This document shows, piece by piece, positions 1 through 9,564 of a DNA stretch of 64,000 nt. Positions within the stretch are counted from its first letter, which is position 1. Each line of letters opens with the position of its first letter. The stretch lies in contig CAYGGZ010000002.1 in assembly GCA_964349765.1 (NCBI GenBank), forward strand, positions 99,151-163,150, given 5' to 3'. The notes under the pieces are model-generated. The model saw only the letters and a program-made list of their open reading frames with translations, ran no database searches and was not told the origin of the DNA. The stretch comes from an uncultured Bacteroidales bacterium (GTDB lineage Bacteria > Bacteroidota > Bacteroidia > Bacteroidales > JAAYJT01). Position numbers and translations under genes: made by a program.

Positions 1-472
1 TCTTTGTTTGTCCCAAAACCTTTGTCAGCTATGACAACCATCAAACTTCCGTCATCAACCTTGATCCCGATGGTGATCTCTGGCTGACCTGGCGAATATT
101 TGACTGCATTATCAATCAGATTGCCAAAAACTATTTCCAATTGTTCAGCATCGCCCATGGTTATTGCTTTTGCTGCATCGAAACGCCTGATTACTTTCGC
201 TTTTCGCTTCAGTAGCAAAAGCGGTAATTTTTTAAACAGCCTTTCAGCACGTTATGAATATCAACCGGATTCGAATTGAACTGCAGGATCTTTTCTTTAA
301 ACGCCGAAAGATATAGAACCTGGTCGACTCTTTGTTTGAGGCGATTGTTTTCCTCACAAATTATTTTTGAATACTGCCGAACCTGGCTAAGATTGCTTTG
401 TACTTCCGGTTGGAATAACTGCCGAAACACAAAAATAACCAATAATCCTCTTGCCCGATTCTTTCCCGGCAA
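1..472 (-). pseudogene. Sensor histidine kinase fragment (DHp-like helix + HATPase_c), apparently frameshifted; runs off the left edge
   Basis: Minus-strand translation of 1-251 gives ...LLLLKRKAKVIRRFDAAKAITMGDAEQLEIVFGNLIDNAVKYSPGQPEITIGIKVDDGSLMVVIADKGFG, a typical HATPase_c N-box (NLIDNAVKYS). The 87-aa ORF at 209-472 supplies the preceding helix and ...NPVDIHNVLKGC but stops at 209-211. The two frames overlap at 212-251, around a T6A3 run at 228-236. Confidence 0.5.
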
Positions 473-533
473 TTGGAACAGATTTCATTACTTTTACGCG
501 GTGGAAACTGATACTTTCAAAAACACAATTCCT

Positions 534-959
534 ATGGAAACAATAACCGCAACCTATTCCGGACACCTGCGAACAGTAGCAGTGCATCAAACGAGCGGGG
601 CTCAGGTGGTAACAGATGCGCCTGTAGATAATCAGGGTAAGGGGGAGTCTTTTTCGCCTACCGACCTTGTTGCTGTCGCTTTGGGAAATTGCATTTTGAC
701 AATTATGGGGATTGCCGGTCGAAGCCATGATTTCGATATAGAAGGCACAAAACTCCGTATCACCAAAATCATGGAATCCAATCCGCGACGTATTGGAGAG
801 ATTGTGATTGATGTTGATTTCCCGCCGCTCAACTATACCGAAAAGCAGAAGCAGATTTTACGGCAATGCGTCAATAGTTGCCCGGTTGCATTTAGCCTGC
901 ATCCCGATGTGAAACAAAATGTACGTTTAAACTTTTACCAGGAGAAAAATGGACCATAA
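534..959 (+). CDS. OsmC family peroxiredoxin/redox protein
   Basis: From ATG 534 the translation reads METITATYSGHLRTVAVHQTSGAQVVTDAPVDNQGKGESFSPTDLVAVALGNCILT...CPVAFSLH, an OsmC/Ohr-like fold signature. The upstream part of the 276-959 ORF has no protein-like character and overlaps the divergent HK fragment. Confidence 0.8.
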   Translation: METITATYSGHLRTVAVHQTSGAQVVTDAPVDNQGKGESFSPTDLVAVALGNCILTIMGIAGRSHDFDIEGTKLRITKIMESNPRRIGEIVIDVDFPPLNYTEKQKQILRQCVNSCPVAFSLHPDVKQNVRLNFYQEKNGP

Positions 960-1335
960 AATTGAAGTTGGAGCAAAAGGCTACCACGAGATTATTGTGA
1001 GTTATGAAGCCACCGCCGCCCGTTATGGCTCAGGTCTGGTGGAGGTTTTTGCAACCCCTGCCATGATCGCCCTAATGGAATATACATGCCAGTGCAGCAT
1101 TCAGGAAAAGTTACATGAGGGTTATATAACAGTTGGAACAGAAGTAAACGTCAAACACCTTAAAGCAACGCCGATAGGCATGAAAGTTTGGTGCGAATCG
1201 GAGCTATTGGCGGTTGAGGGTCGACAACTTATTTTCAGGGTTGATGCTCACGACGAAAAGGGTAAAATAGGAACAGGCACCCACAAACGGATGATCGTAA
1301 ATTCCAAAAACTTTATGAACCGTATAGGCTCATAA
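949..1335 (+). CDS. Hotdog-fold thioesterase family protein
   Basis: The 128-aa product has ...FATPAMIALMEYTC...GTEVNVKHLKATPIGMKV...GTGTHKRMIV, typical of small hotdog thioesterases. It overlaps the OsmC gene by 11 nt. Confidence 0.7.
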   Translation: MDHKIEVGAKGYHEIIVSYEATAARYGSGLVEVFATPAMIALMEYTCQCSIQEKLHEGYITVGTEVNVKHLKATPIGMKVWCESELLAVEGRQLIFRVDAHDEKGKIGTGTHKRMIVNSKNFMNRIGS

Positions 1336-1349
1336 CATATTATCCCGTA

Positions 1350-3824
1350 ATGCAACCCCAATACGCACAGATTTTGTTGCCTCTGCAACTGCCCACAATG
1401 TATACCTACAGTGTGCCGGAAAGTTTATTTAGTGAGATTCGGGCCGGGCAGCGTGCTGTAGTACAATTTGGTTCTAAAAGGCTTTATGCCGGATTGGTGA
1501 TGCAACTAACAAGCACAGCACCTCCAGGCAACATAAAACAAATCCTCTATCTACTTGATAAAGAATCCGTTGTTAACGATTTCCAGATGCAATTCTGGCA
1601 ATGGATGGCCTCCTACTATCTTTGTACGCCCGGCGAAGTGATGGGTGCCGCCCTTCCTTCAGGCTTAAGGCTTTCGAGCGAAAGCATGGTATCGGTTAAT
1701 CCCGGCTATGATATTTCCGGTGCTATCCTTACCGAACCAGAGCTGAGATTACTGCAATACATTAAAGATAAAGGATCAATCACCATAGCCGAAACTTCAC
1801 GAATACCCGGTATTGAGCGTGCAATCGCCATGGTGCAGTCGTTGTTTACAAGAGGCGCAGTGGAGCTTTCAGAAGAGTTGGCAGAGCGATACAGGCCTAA
1901 AACCTCAAAAATGATCACACTTTCCCAAACCTACCATCAAAACGAACCTGCCCTGAACGCAATTATGGACTACTTAGATAAAAGAGCGCCAAAACAATCT
2001 GAATTATTACAGGTTTTGTTGAATCAATCAATCAGCAACAATCCGCCTGCCATGTCGCGTTCATCCCTCCTAAAAACCACACCCGGAACTGAGGGTGCGT
2101 TGCGTTCGCTAATAAGCAAAGGAATTGTTGATGAGATTGAGGTTATTGTTTCGCGCATTCCTGAAGCAACAGAAAAGTCGCACCCAGATGCTATTGTGCT
2201 AACCCAGGCGCAAGATCAGGCTTACAGTCAGATATTGCAGTGCATGGCAGAACTGAAACCGGTTTTGTTGTTCGGTATCACTTCGAGCGGAAAAACAGAA
2301 ATCTACATCAAACTCATTGCCGAAACCATCCGGCAGGGCAAACAGGTACTCTACCTATTGCCGGAGATTGCCCTTACAAGTCAGATCATCCGCAGGCTTC
2401 AGAATTTTTTCGGCAATCGTGTAGGAGTGTATCATTCCCGTTATGGCGAACCCGAAAGGGTAGAAGTTTGGCAAAAGGTTCTGAATCAGACTTTGGCATC
2501 AGAAACATGCAGCATCATTTTAGGAGCACGTAGCGCTGTTTTTCTTCCTTTTTCCAGTCTTGGGCTCGTCATCGTTGACGAAGAGCACGATAGTAGTTTC
2601 AAACAGCATGACCCCCAACCCCGCTACAATGCCCGTGATGCAGCCGTTTATCTGGCCGCCCAGCACAAAGCTGCTGTTGTGCTTGGATCGGCAACTCCAG
2701 CGCTTGAAAGCTACTTCAATACAGCAACGGGTAAATACAGGCTTGTGGAATTAAAGGAGCGTTACGGCAATGTTCTGCTGCCTGTAGTTGAAACCGCAGA
2801 TTTGAAAGAGGCAACACGTCGAAAAACCATGAAAAGTCACTTCACTCCTGAGCTGATTGCCGCGCTTGAAGAGGCTATTCAAAACAATGAGCAGGCTATA
2901 CTTTTTCAAAACCGGCGTGGATTTTCTCTCCGCATCGAATGCTCCGGCTGTCAATGGATTCCCCATTGTCGTCATTGCGATGTAACCCTAATTTATCACA
3001 AAAGTTCGAACCAATTACGCTGCCATTACTGTGGATATCACGAACCGACTCCTGAAGCCTGTCCTGAGTGCGGAAACACAGCTTTAATTATGATAGGTTT
3101 TGGAACCGAAAGAGTTGAAGAAGATTTGGCGTTACTTTATCCTGATCTTCGGATCGAAAGGTTGGATCTTGACTCCACACGCAGCAAACACTCCTATCAA
3201 CGTATTATCGGCGGTTTTGAGGAACATTCGATTGATGTTCTTACAGGCACCCAAATGGTTACTAAAGGTTTGAACTTTGAACATGTGAGTCTGGTGGGTA
3301 TTTTGAATGCTGATAACATGATTCATTTCCCTGATTTTCGTGCGTTTGAGCGTAGTTTTCAGTTGATGGCCCAGGTAAGTGGCCGCGCTGGGCGCAAGCA
3401 TCGCCGGGGTAAGGTTATTCTGCAGACCCGTAATCCTGAAAATAAGGTGATAAAATGGGTTATAAACACCGACTACGAAGCAATGTATAATTCGCAGATG
3501 GAAGAGCGGCGTCAGTTTGGATATCCTCCTTTCACAAGGCTTGTTCGTATCTCGCTACGCCATAAAGAACAACAACCGCTCGAAGCGGCTTCGGTTGTGC
3601 TTGCCCGTGAATTACGCAGGCTTTTTCCCGGAAAAATCCTTGGCCCCGAATACCCTCTCATCTCACGCATTAAGAACTTGTATATCAAGGACATTTTGAT
3701 AAAGCTTCCCAGGACTGCAGAGTTAATGGAATCGAAACACAAAATCAAAGATATGCTTGATAGATTTGCGGCAAGTCCGGTTTCGAACCGTGTAAAAATT
3801 GCCGTTGATGTTGACCCTGTTTAG
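1350..3824 (+). CDS. priA: Primosomal protein N' (replication restart helicase PriA)
   Basis: The 824-aa product has Walker A GITSSGKTEIY, DEEH, a Cys-rich Zn-finger region (CSGCQWIPHCRHCDVTLIYHKSSNQLRCHYCGYHEPTPEACPECG), and helicase C motifs (TQMVTKGLNF...QVSGRAGR). Confidence 0.95.
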   Translation: MQPQYAQILLPLQLPTMYTYSVPESLFSEIRAGQRAVVQFGSKRLYAGLVMQLTSTAPPGNIKQILYLLDKESVVNDFQMQFWQWMASYYLCTPGEVMGAALPSGLRLSSESMVSVNPGYDISGAILTEPELRLLQYIKDKGSITIAETSRIPGIERAIAMVQSLFTRGAVELSEELAERYRPKTSKMITLSQTYHQNEPALNAIMDYLDKRAPKQSELLQVLLNQSISNNPPAMSRSSLLKTTPGTEGALRSLISKGIVDEIEVIVSRIPEATEKSHPDAIVLTQAQDQAYSQILQCMAELKPVLLFGITSSGKTEIYIKLIAETIRQGKQVLYLLPEIALTSQIIRRLQNFFGNRVGVYHSRYGEPERVEVWQKVLNQTLASETCSIILGARSAVFLPFSSLGLVIVDEEHDSSFKQHDPQPRYNARDAAVYLAAQHKAAVVLGSATPALESYFNTATGKYRLVELKERYGNVLLPVVETADLKEATRRKTMKSHFTPELIAALEEAIQNNEQAILFQNRRGFSLRIECSGCQWIPHCRHCDVTLIYHKSSNQLRCHYCGYHEPTPEACPECGNTALIMIGFGTERVEEDLALLYPDLRIERLDLDSTRSKHSYQRIIGGFEEHSIDVLTGTQMVTKGLNFEHVSLVGILNADNMIHFPDFRAFERSFQLMAQVSGRAGRKHRRGKVILQTRNPENKVIKWVINTDYEAMYNSQMEERRQFGYPPFTRLVRISLRHKEQQPLEAASVVLARELRRLFPGKILGPEYPLISRIKNLYIKDILIKLPRTAELMESKHKIKDMLDRFAASPVSNRVKIAVDVDPV

Positions 3825-3845
3825 GATAATCGCCGTTCGTGAAGG

Positions 3846-5048
3846 TTATACTTTTTCCAATGCAACAGCAATACCTTGACCAACACCGATGCACATTGTA
3901 CACAAGGCTTTGCTAAGGCCTAATTGTTGAAGCTGGTTGATTGCAGTGGTAACGAGCCGTGCTCCGCTCATCCCGAGTGGATGCCCAAGGGCAATAGCAC
4001 CACCCCAACGGTTTACTCTCGGATCGTTGTCGGCAAGGCCAAACTCACGGATACAGGCCAGCGCCTGAGCAGAGAATGCTTCGTTGATCTCTATGACATC
4101 CAGATTATCCAGTGTAAGCTTCAGGCGGTCCAGCAGCTTGTATGTTGCAGGAACCGGCCCCATACCCATGATGCGGGGTTGAACACCTGCAACCGCCATC
4201 CCAAGAAAGCGGGCGGAAGGTGTTAGGTTGTATTTTTTTAGAGCAGCTTCTGAGGCAAGTATCATCGCCGAAGCGCCGTCGTTAACTCCAGAGGCATTGC
4301 CTGCTGTAACTGTGCCATTGTTTCCAACAATCGGTTTCAGTGCGGCGAGCTGCGGAAGCGAGGTGCGGCGAGGGTGTTCATCGGTGTTCACAAATAATGG
4401 TTCGCCCTTTCGTTGTGGAATCTCAACCGAAACAATCTCATTATTAAAATAATTTAACTGTTGCGCTGCAAAGGCTTTTTCCTGACTATGAAACGCAAAG
4501 CTGTCCTGATCCTCACGGTTGATGCCGAAATCGGCTGCAATGTTTTCGGCGGTTTCAATCATTGACTCAGCTCCATATTGCCGTTCGAGGAGCTTATTCA
4601 CAAACCTCCAGCCCATCGTGGTGTCGTACATTTTAATGTTGCGAGAGAATGCTTGTTCGCTTTTATCCAGAACAAACGGAGCCCTCGACATACTTTCTAT
4701 TCCCCCGGCGATAATCAGACCGGCTTCCGCCGATCGAATCGCACGCGCGGCAGTTCCAACGGCATCCATGCCCGAACCACATAGCCTGTTTATTGTAGAG
4801 CCAGGGACAGTTTCAGGTAAACCCGCAAGGAGCAAAGCCATCCGGGCAACATTGCGATTGTCTTCTCCCGCCTGATTAGCGCAGCCCATCAATACATCAT
4901 CTACCATCGTCCAATCAATGCCGGGATTACGTTCTACGAGCGCCCGAAGAACGATTGCAGCTAAATCATCGGTTCGCACCGAAGAAAGCGAGCCTCCATA
5001 CTTTCCAATTGGAGTTCGTACAGCATCGCAGATAAACACTTCATTCAT
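3846..5048 (-). CDS. Acetyl-CoA C-acyltransferase (3-ketoacyl-CoA thiolase)
   Basis: The 400-aa product has the thiolase motifs [11 protein letters not shown] (active-site Cys), [21 protein letters not shown] and CIGVGQGIA. It is the last gene of the minus-strand cluster. Confidence 0.92.
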   Translation of the reverse strand: MNEVFICDAVRTPIGKYGGSLSSVRTDDLAAIVLRALVERNPGIDWTMVDDVLMGCANQAGEDNRNVARMALLLAGLPETVPGSTINRLCGSGMDAVGTAARAIRSAEAGLIIAGGIESMSRAPFVLDKSEQAFSRNIKMYDTTMGWRFVNKLLERQYGAESMIETAENIAADFGINREDQDSFAFHSQEKAFAAQQLNYFNNEIVSVEIPQRKGEPLFVNTDEHPRRTSLPQLAALKPIVGNNGTVTAGNASGVNDGASAMILASEAALKKYNLTPSARFLGMAVAGVQPRIMGMGPVPATYKLLDRLKLTLDNLDVIEINEAFSAQALACIREFGLADNDPRVNRWGGAIALGHPLGMSGARLVTTAINQLQQLGLSKALCTMCIGVGQGIAVALEKV

Positions 5049-5060
5049 TGCACGAAAATA

Positions 5061-6407
5061 TTAGTTGAACTTATCGAGCATTGGTTTTACATGACGAAAT
5101 CCGCTGAGCATAGCATCGGACAGCATGTCTACCTCTTTTTGTGTTACCATTGTTGAAAACACGCAGGAGCACGAATTTACGATCATCACTCCATTTTCGT
5201 AAAGGTGGTCGATAAAGGCATTAACGATTTTTTTTGTCTGCTCATCTTCATATCCATCGCGATACGACAGCGGAGGCGTTTGGCGGAAATGCACCTTAAA
5301 CAATGACCCCCCTCCGGTGAGGCAAACCGGAACATCGGCTGTTTTAACTGCTTCTTCAATCTGTTTACGAGCCTTTGCAGTTGTTTCGTTGATCTTCAGC
5401 ACTGCCTTGCGATCGAAAAGTTCGAGGGCAACCTTTCCTGCAGCCATTGAAACGGGATTTGCGGAGAAGGTTCCTGAAAGAGGAAACCGGAATTTGGAGC
5501 TTCTCGGATCAAGAACTTCCATCACATCGTTTCGTCCGGCAAAAGCCCCGATAGGAAACCCGCCACCAATTAATTTGCCCATGGAGGTAAGATCAGGTTT
5601 TTGAGGGTAATCCTGCTGTGCGCCTTCGTAGTTTACCCGAAAGCAAATAACCTCGTCGAAGCACAGTAGAACATTGTTTTGGCGGGTCCAATCGAAAACT
5701 GCACTTATAAATTCCTGTGAAGCAGGAATCAAACCAATTCTGTGAGGAACCGGATCGATTAATACACATGCCAGTTCAGATGCATGCCTGTTGAGAATAT
5801 TAATGGTTCGTTCAACATCGTTGAAAGGGAAAATCACTACATCGTTTAAAACGCCCTGCGGTGTGCCATGAACAAGTGGAACGCTTTGGGGCTGGTTTAG
5901 ATCGCCCCAGTTTACGGGAGTAGAAGATTGGCTCACCTCCGCAACATCATAGCTGCCGTGGTATGCTCCTTCGGCCTTAGCTATCTTGGGTTTGCCTGTA
6001 AAAGCACGGGCAGTCTTGATCATAGCCATTACGGCTTCGGTACCGGAATTCACAAAACGTATTTTATCGAATCCTGGAACGCGGTTGCAAAGCAATTTGG
6101 CAAGGTCAATTTCTATTTCCGATGCAAGAGTAAATGCAGTGCCTCTGGAAATTTGTTCGCATGCGGCCGAAACAATTGCCGGGTGAGCGTGTCCGTGAAT
6201 GAGCGATGCGATATTGTTTGCAAAGTCAACACGCTTTACTCCATGAATGTCAGTAACATAACAGCCTTCAGCATGAGAAACGTAATGCGGATGCGGCTTC
6301 CGGAAATGAACGTTGCGGCTGATTCCGCCAGAGAGCACTTTGCATGCTTCGCTGTAAATACTCTCGTCGGTTTTTAGATCGGTTTGTGTTTTATAGTTTG
6401 TTTGCAT
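5061..6407 (-). CDS. Class III (GSAM-like) PLP aminotransferase; candidate beta-amino-acid aminotransferase
   Basis: The 448-aa product has GTEAVMAMIKTAR, AYHGS, FDEVICFRV and the PLP-lysine context MGKLIGGGFPIGAF, as in the glutamate-1-semialdehyde aminomutase-like branch. Only the gene context suggests a beta-amino-acid role. Confidence 0.8.
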   Translation of the reverse strand: MQTNYKTQTDLKTDESIYSEACKVLSGGISRNVHFRKPHPHYVSHAEGCYVTDIHGVKRVDFANNIASLIHGHAHPAIVSAACEQISRGTAFTLASEIEIDLAKLLCNRVPGFDKIRFVNSGTEAVMAMIKTARAFTGKPKIAKAEGAYHGSYDVAEVSQSSTPVNWGDLNQPQSVPLVHGTPQGVLNDVVIFPFNDVERTINILNRHASELACVLIDPVPHRIGLIPASQEFISAVFDWTRQNNVLLCFDEVICFRVNYEGAQQDYPQKPDLTSMGKLIGGGFPIGAFAGRNDVMEVLDPRSSKFRFPLSGTFSANPVSMAAGKVALELFDRKAVLKINETTAKARKQIEEAVKTADVPVCLTGGGSLFKVHFRQTPPLSYRDGYEDEQTKKIVNAFIDHLYENGVMIVNSCSCVFSTMVTQKEVDMLSDAMLSGFRHVKPMLDKFN

Positions 6408-6432
6408 GCTTTTCAGAATTTCATTGAACTAA

Positions 6433-7083
6433 CTAATACTGATTTAGTTTCACGGCAGTGCGTTGTTGCAGGAGTTCAAAATTAACACCCGGGGCCAGTT
6501 CACGAACGAAAAGTCCTTTTGATGTAACATCTATTATGGCGTAGTCGGTGTAGATGCGGTCAACTACTTGTTTGCCTGTGAGCGGATAAGTGCATTGCTC
6601 CACTATTTTTGAGTCGCCATTTTTTGTTGTGTGTTGTGTGATCACAAAAATAGTTTTTACTCCTTCAACCAGGTCCATTGCACCTCCCACAGCAGGGATA
6701 GCGCCTGGTTCTCCGGTACTCCAGTTTGCGAGGTCGCCTTTTCCGGAAACCTGAAACGCCCCCAAAACACAAATGTCGATATGTCCGCCGCGAACCATTG
6801 CAAAACTGTCGGCATGATGAAAGAAGCAAGCTCCCTCAATTGCGGTTACGGGTTTTTTACCGGCATTTATCAGTTCGTCGTCTTCCATTCCTGGTTGGGG
6901 CGAAGGACCAACCCCAAGGAGTCCGTTTTCGGTGTGAAAAATTACTTCCCTTCCTTGAGGAATATAATTTGCTACGAGCTCAGGCATTCCAATACCGAGG
7001 TTCACATAGGCGCCGTTGGGAATATCTTCGGCTATTTTCTGAGCCATTTGTTCGCGGGTCCATCCAATATCTTCGGCTTTCAT
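6433..7083 (-). CDS. 3-oxoacid CoA-transferase subunit B
   Basis: The 216-aa product has the ...VIFHTENGLLGVGP... ((S)ENG catalytic Glu motif). It overlaps subunit A by 4 nt. Confidence 0.9.
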   Translation of the reverse strand: MKAEDIGWTREQMAQKIAEDIPNGAYVNLGIGMPELVANYIPQGREVIFHTENGLLGVGPSPQPGMEDDELINAGKKPVTAIEGACFFHHADSFAMVRGGHIDICVLGAFQVSGKGDLANWSTGEPGAIPAVGGAMDLVEGVKTIFVITQHTTKNGDSKIVEQCTYPLTGKQVVDRIYTDYAIIDVTSKGLFVRELAPGVNFELLQQRTAVKLNQY

Positions 7084-7790
7084 GGATACCTCCTCTGCTC
7101 TTTGATTAAAACGTTTTCACTCACCGGATTAGGTACGTGAATAACTTTCTTCACAAAAATTCCCGGAGTAACTACAATCTCAGGATCAATCGTACCGATT
7201 TCAACGATTTCGGAGGCCTGCACAATAGCATTTCTGGCAGCCATGCACATTACAGGGCCAAAGTTTCGGGCAGTTTTGTTGTACAAAAGATTGCCATAGC
7301 GGTCGGCCGTCCTGCATTTTACCAGAGCAAAATCGGAGCGGATTCCATATTCCATTACATTAATCCGGCCGTTAAATTCCCGTGTTTCTTTTCCTTCTGC
7401 AATAGGAGTATTTACCGAGGTAGGAGTGTAAAACGCTGGTATTCCGGCTCCACCCGCACGGATTCTTTCTGCGAGTGTTCCCTGCGGAACTAATTCCAAC
7501 TCAATTTCGCCACGCTTGTAGAGCTCAGGAAACACCACCGAATGTGCAGTGCGTGGAAAAGAACAGATCATCTTCTTAACCTGACGGTTTTCGATCAGCG
7601 CTGCAAGCCCAATATGGCCGTTGCCTGTGTTGTTGCTTACAACTGTCAGATTTTTTGCACCGTGGTCAATCAAGGCATGAATGAGTTCAATCGGGCTGCC
7701 TGCTTCCCCAAACCCGCTGATCATCACTGTAGCGCCGTCGAAAATACCCGCTACGGCTTCAGAAAGGGATGTAACAATTTTATTGATCAT
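7080..7790 (-). CDS. 3-oxoacid CoA-transferase subunit A
   Basis: The 236-aa product has ...ISGFGEAGSPIELIHALIDHGAKNLTVVSNN...VPQGTLAERIRAGGAGIPAFYTPT..., typical of ScoA/AtoD-type subunit A. Confidence 0.9.
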   Translation of the reverse strand: MINKIVTSLSEAVAGIFDGATVMISGFGEAGSPIELIHALIDHGAKNLTVVSNNTGNGHIGLAALIENRQVKKMICSFPRTAHSVVFPELYKRGEIELELVPQGTLAERIRAGGAGIPAFYTPTSVNTPIAEGKETREFNGRINVMEYGIRSDFALVKCRTADRYGNLLYNKTARNFGPVMCMAARNAIVQASEIVEIGTIDPEIVVTPGIFVKKVIHVPNPVSENVLIKEQRRYP

Positions 7791-7809
7791 TTCAGGGCTG
7801 ATTAACCAT

Positions 7810-9387
7810 TTACTTCCTGCGTCCGGTTTCTATTGATTGATGCAGATTGTGTTCTATTTCAGCGAGTTCATCTTCGAAGAAATGTTTATCTGCGCCATAA
7901 GGTTTCAGATTGGTGATAGTATTTTCGTACTCATCATATTTGGCAAGATATACTTTATCCATCCATTCGATATTTCTGCCCTGATTGAATTTGAGCGCAA
8001 AGAGCTTCTCCCCGTTTAGCTCAACCTCGCCAAGCAATGAAATTTTTCCGGCTGAGGAGGTTTGTGTAATATATCTCGATGGACGGTTGATACTCGGGAG
8101 CGAACGGTATATCTTCGAGAAAATCTTGTTGATTGCTGTTACCGGTTGGTTAAAGTAGTGGAACTCTCCGGTAGGCCGAGCCAGATACATTGAATGAAAA
8201 CCAACTCCCAGCATTGCAAAAACATTGGCAAGATCGATCCAGTTCTGTGCTGAGCGGTCAATGTCCACCTCGCCATTTTCCTTCTGGAAAAGACTGATAT
8301 GGTTCATTATGGGGCTTTGACTCTTTATTGTTGCGCCGTGAGCTCTCAGCCGTCTGATGGCAGCAATGGTACTAATGTTCAGCACCTCTCTTGGGGTCGA
8401 AAAATGCGACATGAATACAAGCTGAATCCCGTTGTCGTAAAGTCTCTGAAAATGGCCAAGCATCTCGTTATACTCGGGTGTGATGATCATTTCCGGATTG
8501 TATGTAAGAATCCTTGTTCCAAGGCGGATGGTTTTGATGTGATTAAGCTCAGGGTCTTCGATGATTGGTGTGATATATTCATTAAAGCGCCCTGCACTCA
8601 GATAGCCTGCATCGCCTCCTGTGATAAGCACATCGGTAACCTCCTTATGCTGTTTAAGATACACATGTATCTGGTGAACATCTTTTTGGATAAACATATC
8701 ATCGTCGCCACGAACCTGTGCGTGACGGAAACAGTAGTTGCAAAAGGCAAAACAATTCTGCGTTTCAAAATCAAAAATCAGTTTGCATTGCGGATATTTA
8801 TGCTGGCTGCCTTCAATAACCTCAATTGCACCGTCTTCATTAACAAAGGTAGGCTTGTTTAATTGCTGTTTGCCATCATGTGGATTGGTTTCGCGGATAT
8901 AATCTTTCACAATTTTTTCACGTTCATGATCGCTGCCAGCAAGCAGATAGGCTTTTTCCACATCGGCTCTTATCATGCCGGGCTGTGGAAAAACGAGTTG
9001 AAACACAGAGTCCTTCTCAAAGTTAGCCCAGTTTATAGTATCTAACACATGCTTTGTAGCCATAAAGCGATACACCTTGATAAAAAGCTCCCGCTCTTCG
9101 ATATGTCCGATGTTTATTCCATGATCGGCCAATACCTTAACAATCTCTCTAAAGCCTTTCATTCCGGAATAGTGTTTCTTGTCGACAAACAGAAATTCGG
9201 CATCCTCCCTGATTCCTGAATGCTGCGGATAAGCTGCATCAAGCCGGCTTAAAACTCCTTCAGGAAGCAGATTTTCGCTGCGGATGATAGCTTTTGTGCC
9301 TTCAGAATAGTGAAACCGGTGCATCATTTCATCTACAGCAACTTTGTTAATAAGCACATTGCTTCCGGTAGTCAATTTGTGGTTCAT
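7810..9387 (-). CDS. KamA-family radical SAM protein (amino acid 2,3-aminomutase-like), atypically long
   Basis: The 525-aa product has SQHKYPQCKLIFDFETQNCFAFCNYCFRHAQ (CxxxCxxC at 8731-8754), DVLITGGDAG, and a C-terminal ...TSSAGKISL Lys where KamA has its PLP-lysine (GGGGK). Extensions of about 190 aa (N-terminal) and 60 aa (C-terminal) have no family I can assign. Confidence 0.8.
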   Translation of the reverse strand: MNHKLTTGSNVLINKVAVDEMMHRFHYSEGTKAIIRSENLLPEGVLSRLDAAYPQHSGIREDAEFLFVDKKHYSGMKGFREIVKVLADHGINIGHIEERELFIKVYRFMATKHVLDTINWANFEKDSVFQLVFPQPGMIRADVEKAYLLAGSDHEREKIVKDYIRETNPHDGKQQLNKPTFVNEDGAIEVIEGSQHKYPQCKLIFDFETQNCFAFCNYCFRHAQVRGDDDMFIQKDVHQIHVYLKQHKEVTDVLITGGDAGYLSAGRFNEYITPIIEDPELNHIKTIRLGTRILTYNPEMIITPEYNEMLGHFQRLYDNGIQLVFMSHFSTPREVLNISTIAAIRRLRAHGATIKSQSPIMNHISLFQKENGEVDIDRSAQNWIDLANVFAMLGVGFHSMYLARPTGEFHYFNQPVTAINKIFSKIYRSLPSINRPSRYITQTSSAGKISLLGEVELNGEKLFALKFNQGRNIEWMDKVYLAKYDEYENTITNLKPYGADKHFFEDELAEIEHNLHQSIETGRRK

Positions 9388-9478
9388 TGAAATTTATTTT
9401 TGTTTTTTGATTATTATTTGTAGCGTTAAGCGCCTGTTATTCATCCGTTTACCAGCATTAAACCCACTGCTATTCCTG

Positions 9479-9486
9479 CAAAGTTA
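9479..9486 (-). promoter_or_regulatory. Candidate internal -7 motif (TAacTTTG on the minus strand) upstream of the KamA-like gene
   Basis: The plus strand reads CAAAgtTA inside the 177-nt gap between the hydrolase and the KamA-like gene. A second match (CAAAatTA) lies at 9535-9542. Confidence 0.3.
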
Positions 9487-9564
9487 GCAATAGTGTGGAG
9501 TGCGATTTAAATAATCCGGCTCTAAATAATATTGCAAAATTATGTATAAAAGTCCGTACTATTG

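Noticed and set aside
276-533. Upstream 86 codons of the 276-959 ORF as part of the OsmC gene
   Set aside because: The sequence MNCRIFSLNAERYRTWSTLCLRRLF... is not protein-like and overlaps the divergent HK fragment. The OsmC homology begins at the Met at 534.
5928-6377. 149-aa plus-strand ORF, together with similar antisense ORFs at 4519-4875, 6631-7140, 8299-8862, 9562-10110, 10741-11229, 12785-13306, 43918-44409 and 45250-45627
   Set aside because: Each lies entirely inside a gene with strong family motifs on the opposite strand and has a low-complexity or Cys/Arg-rich composition. These are shadow ORFs.
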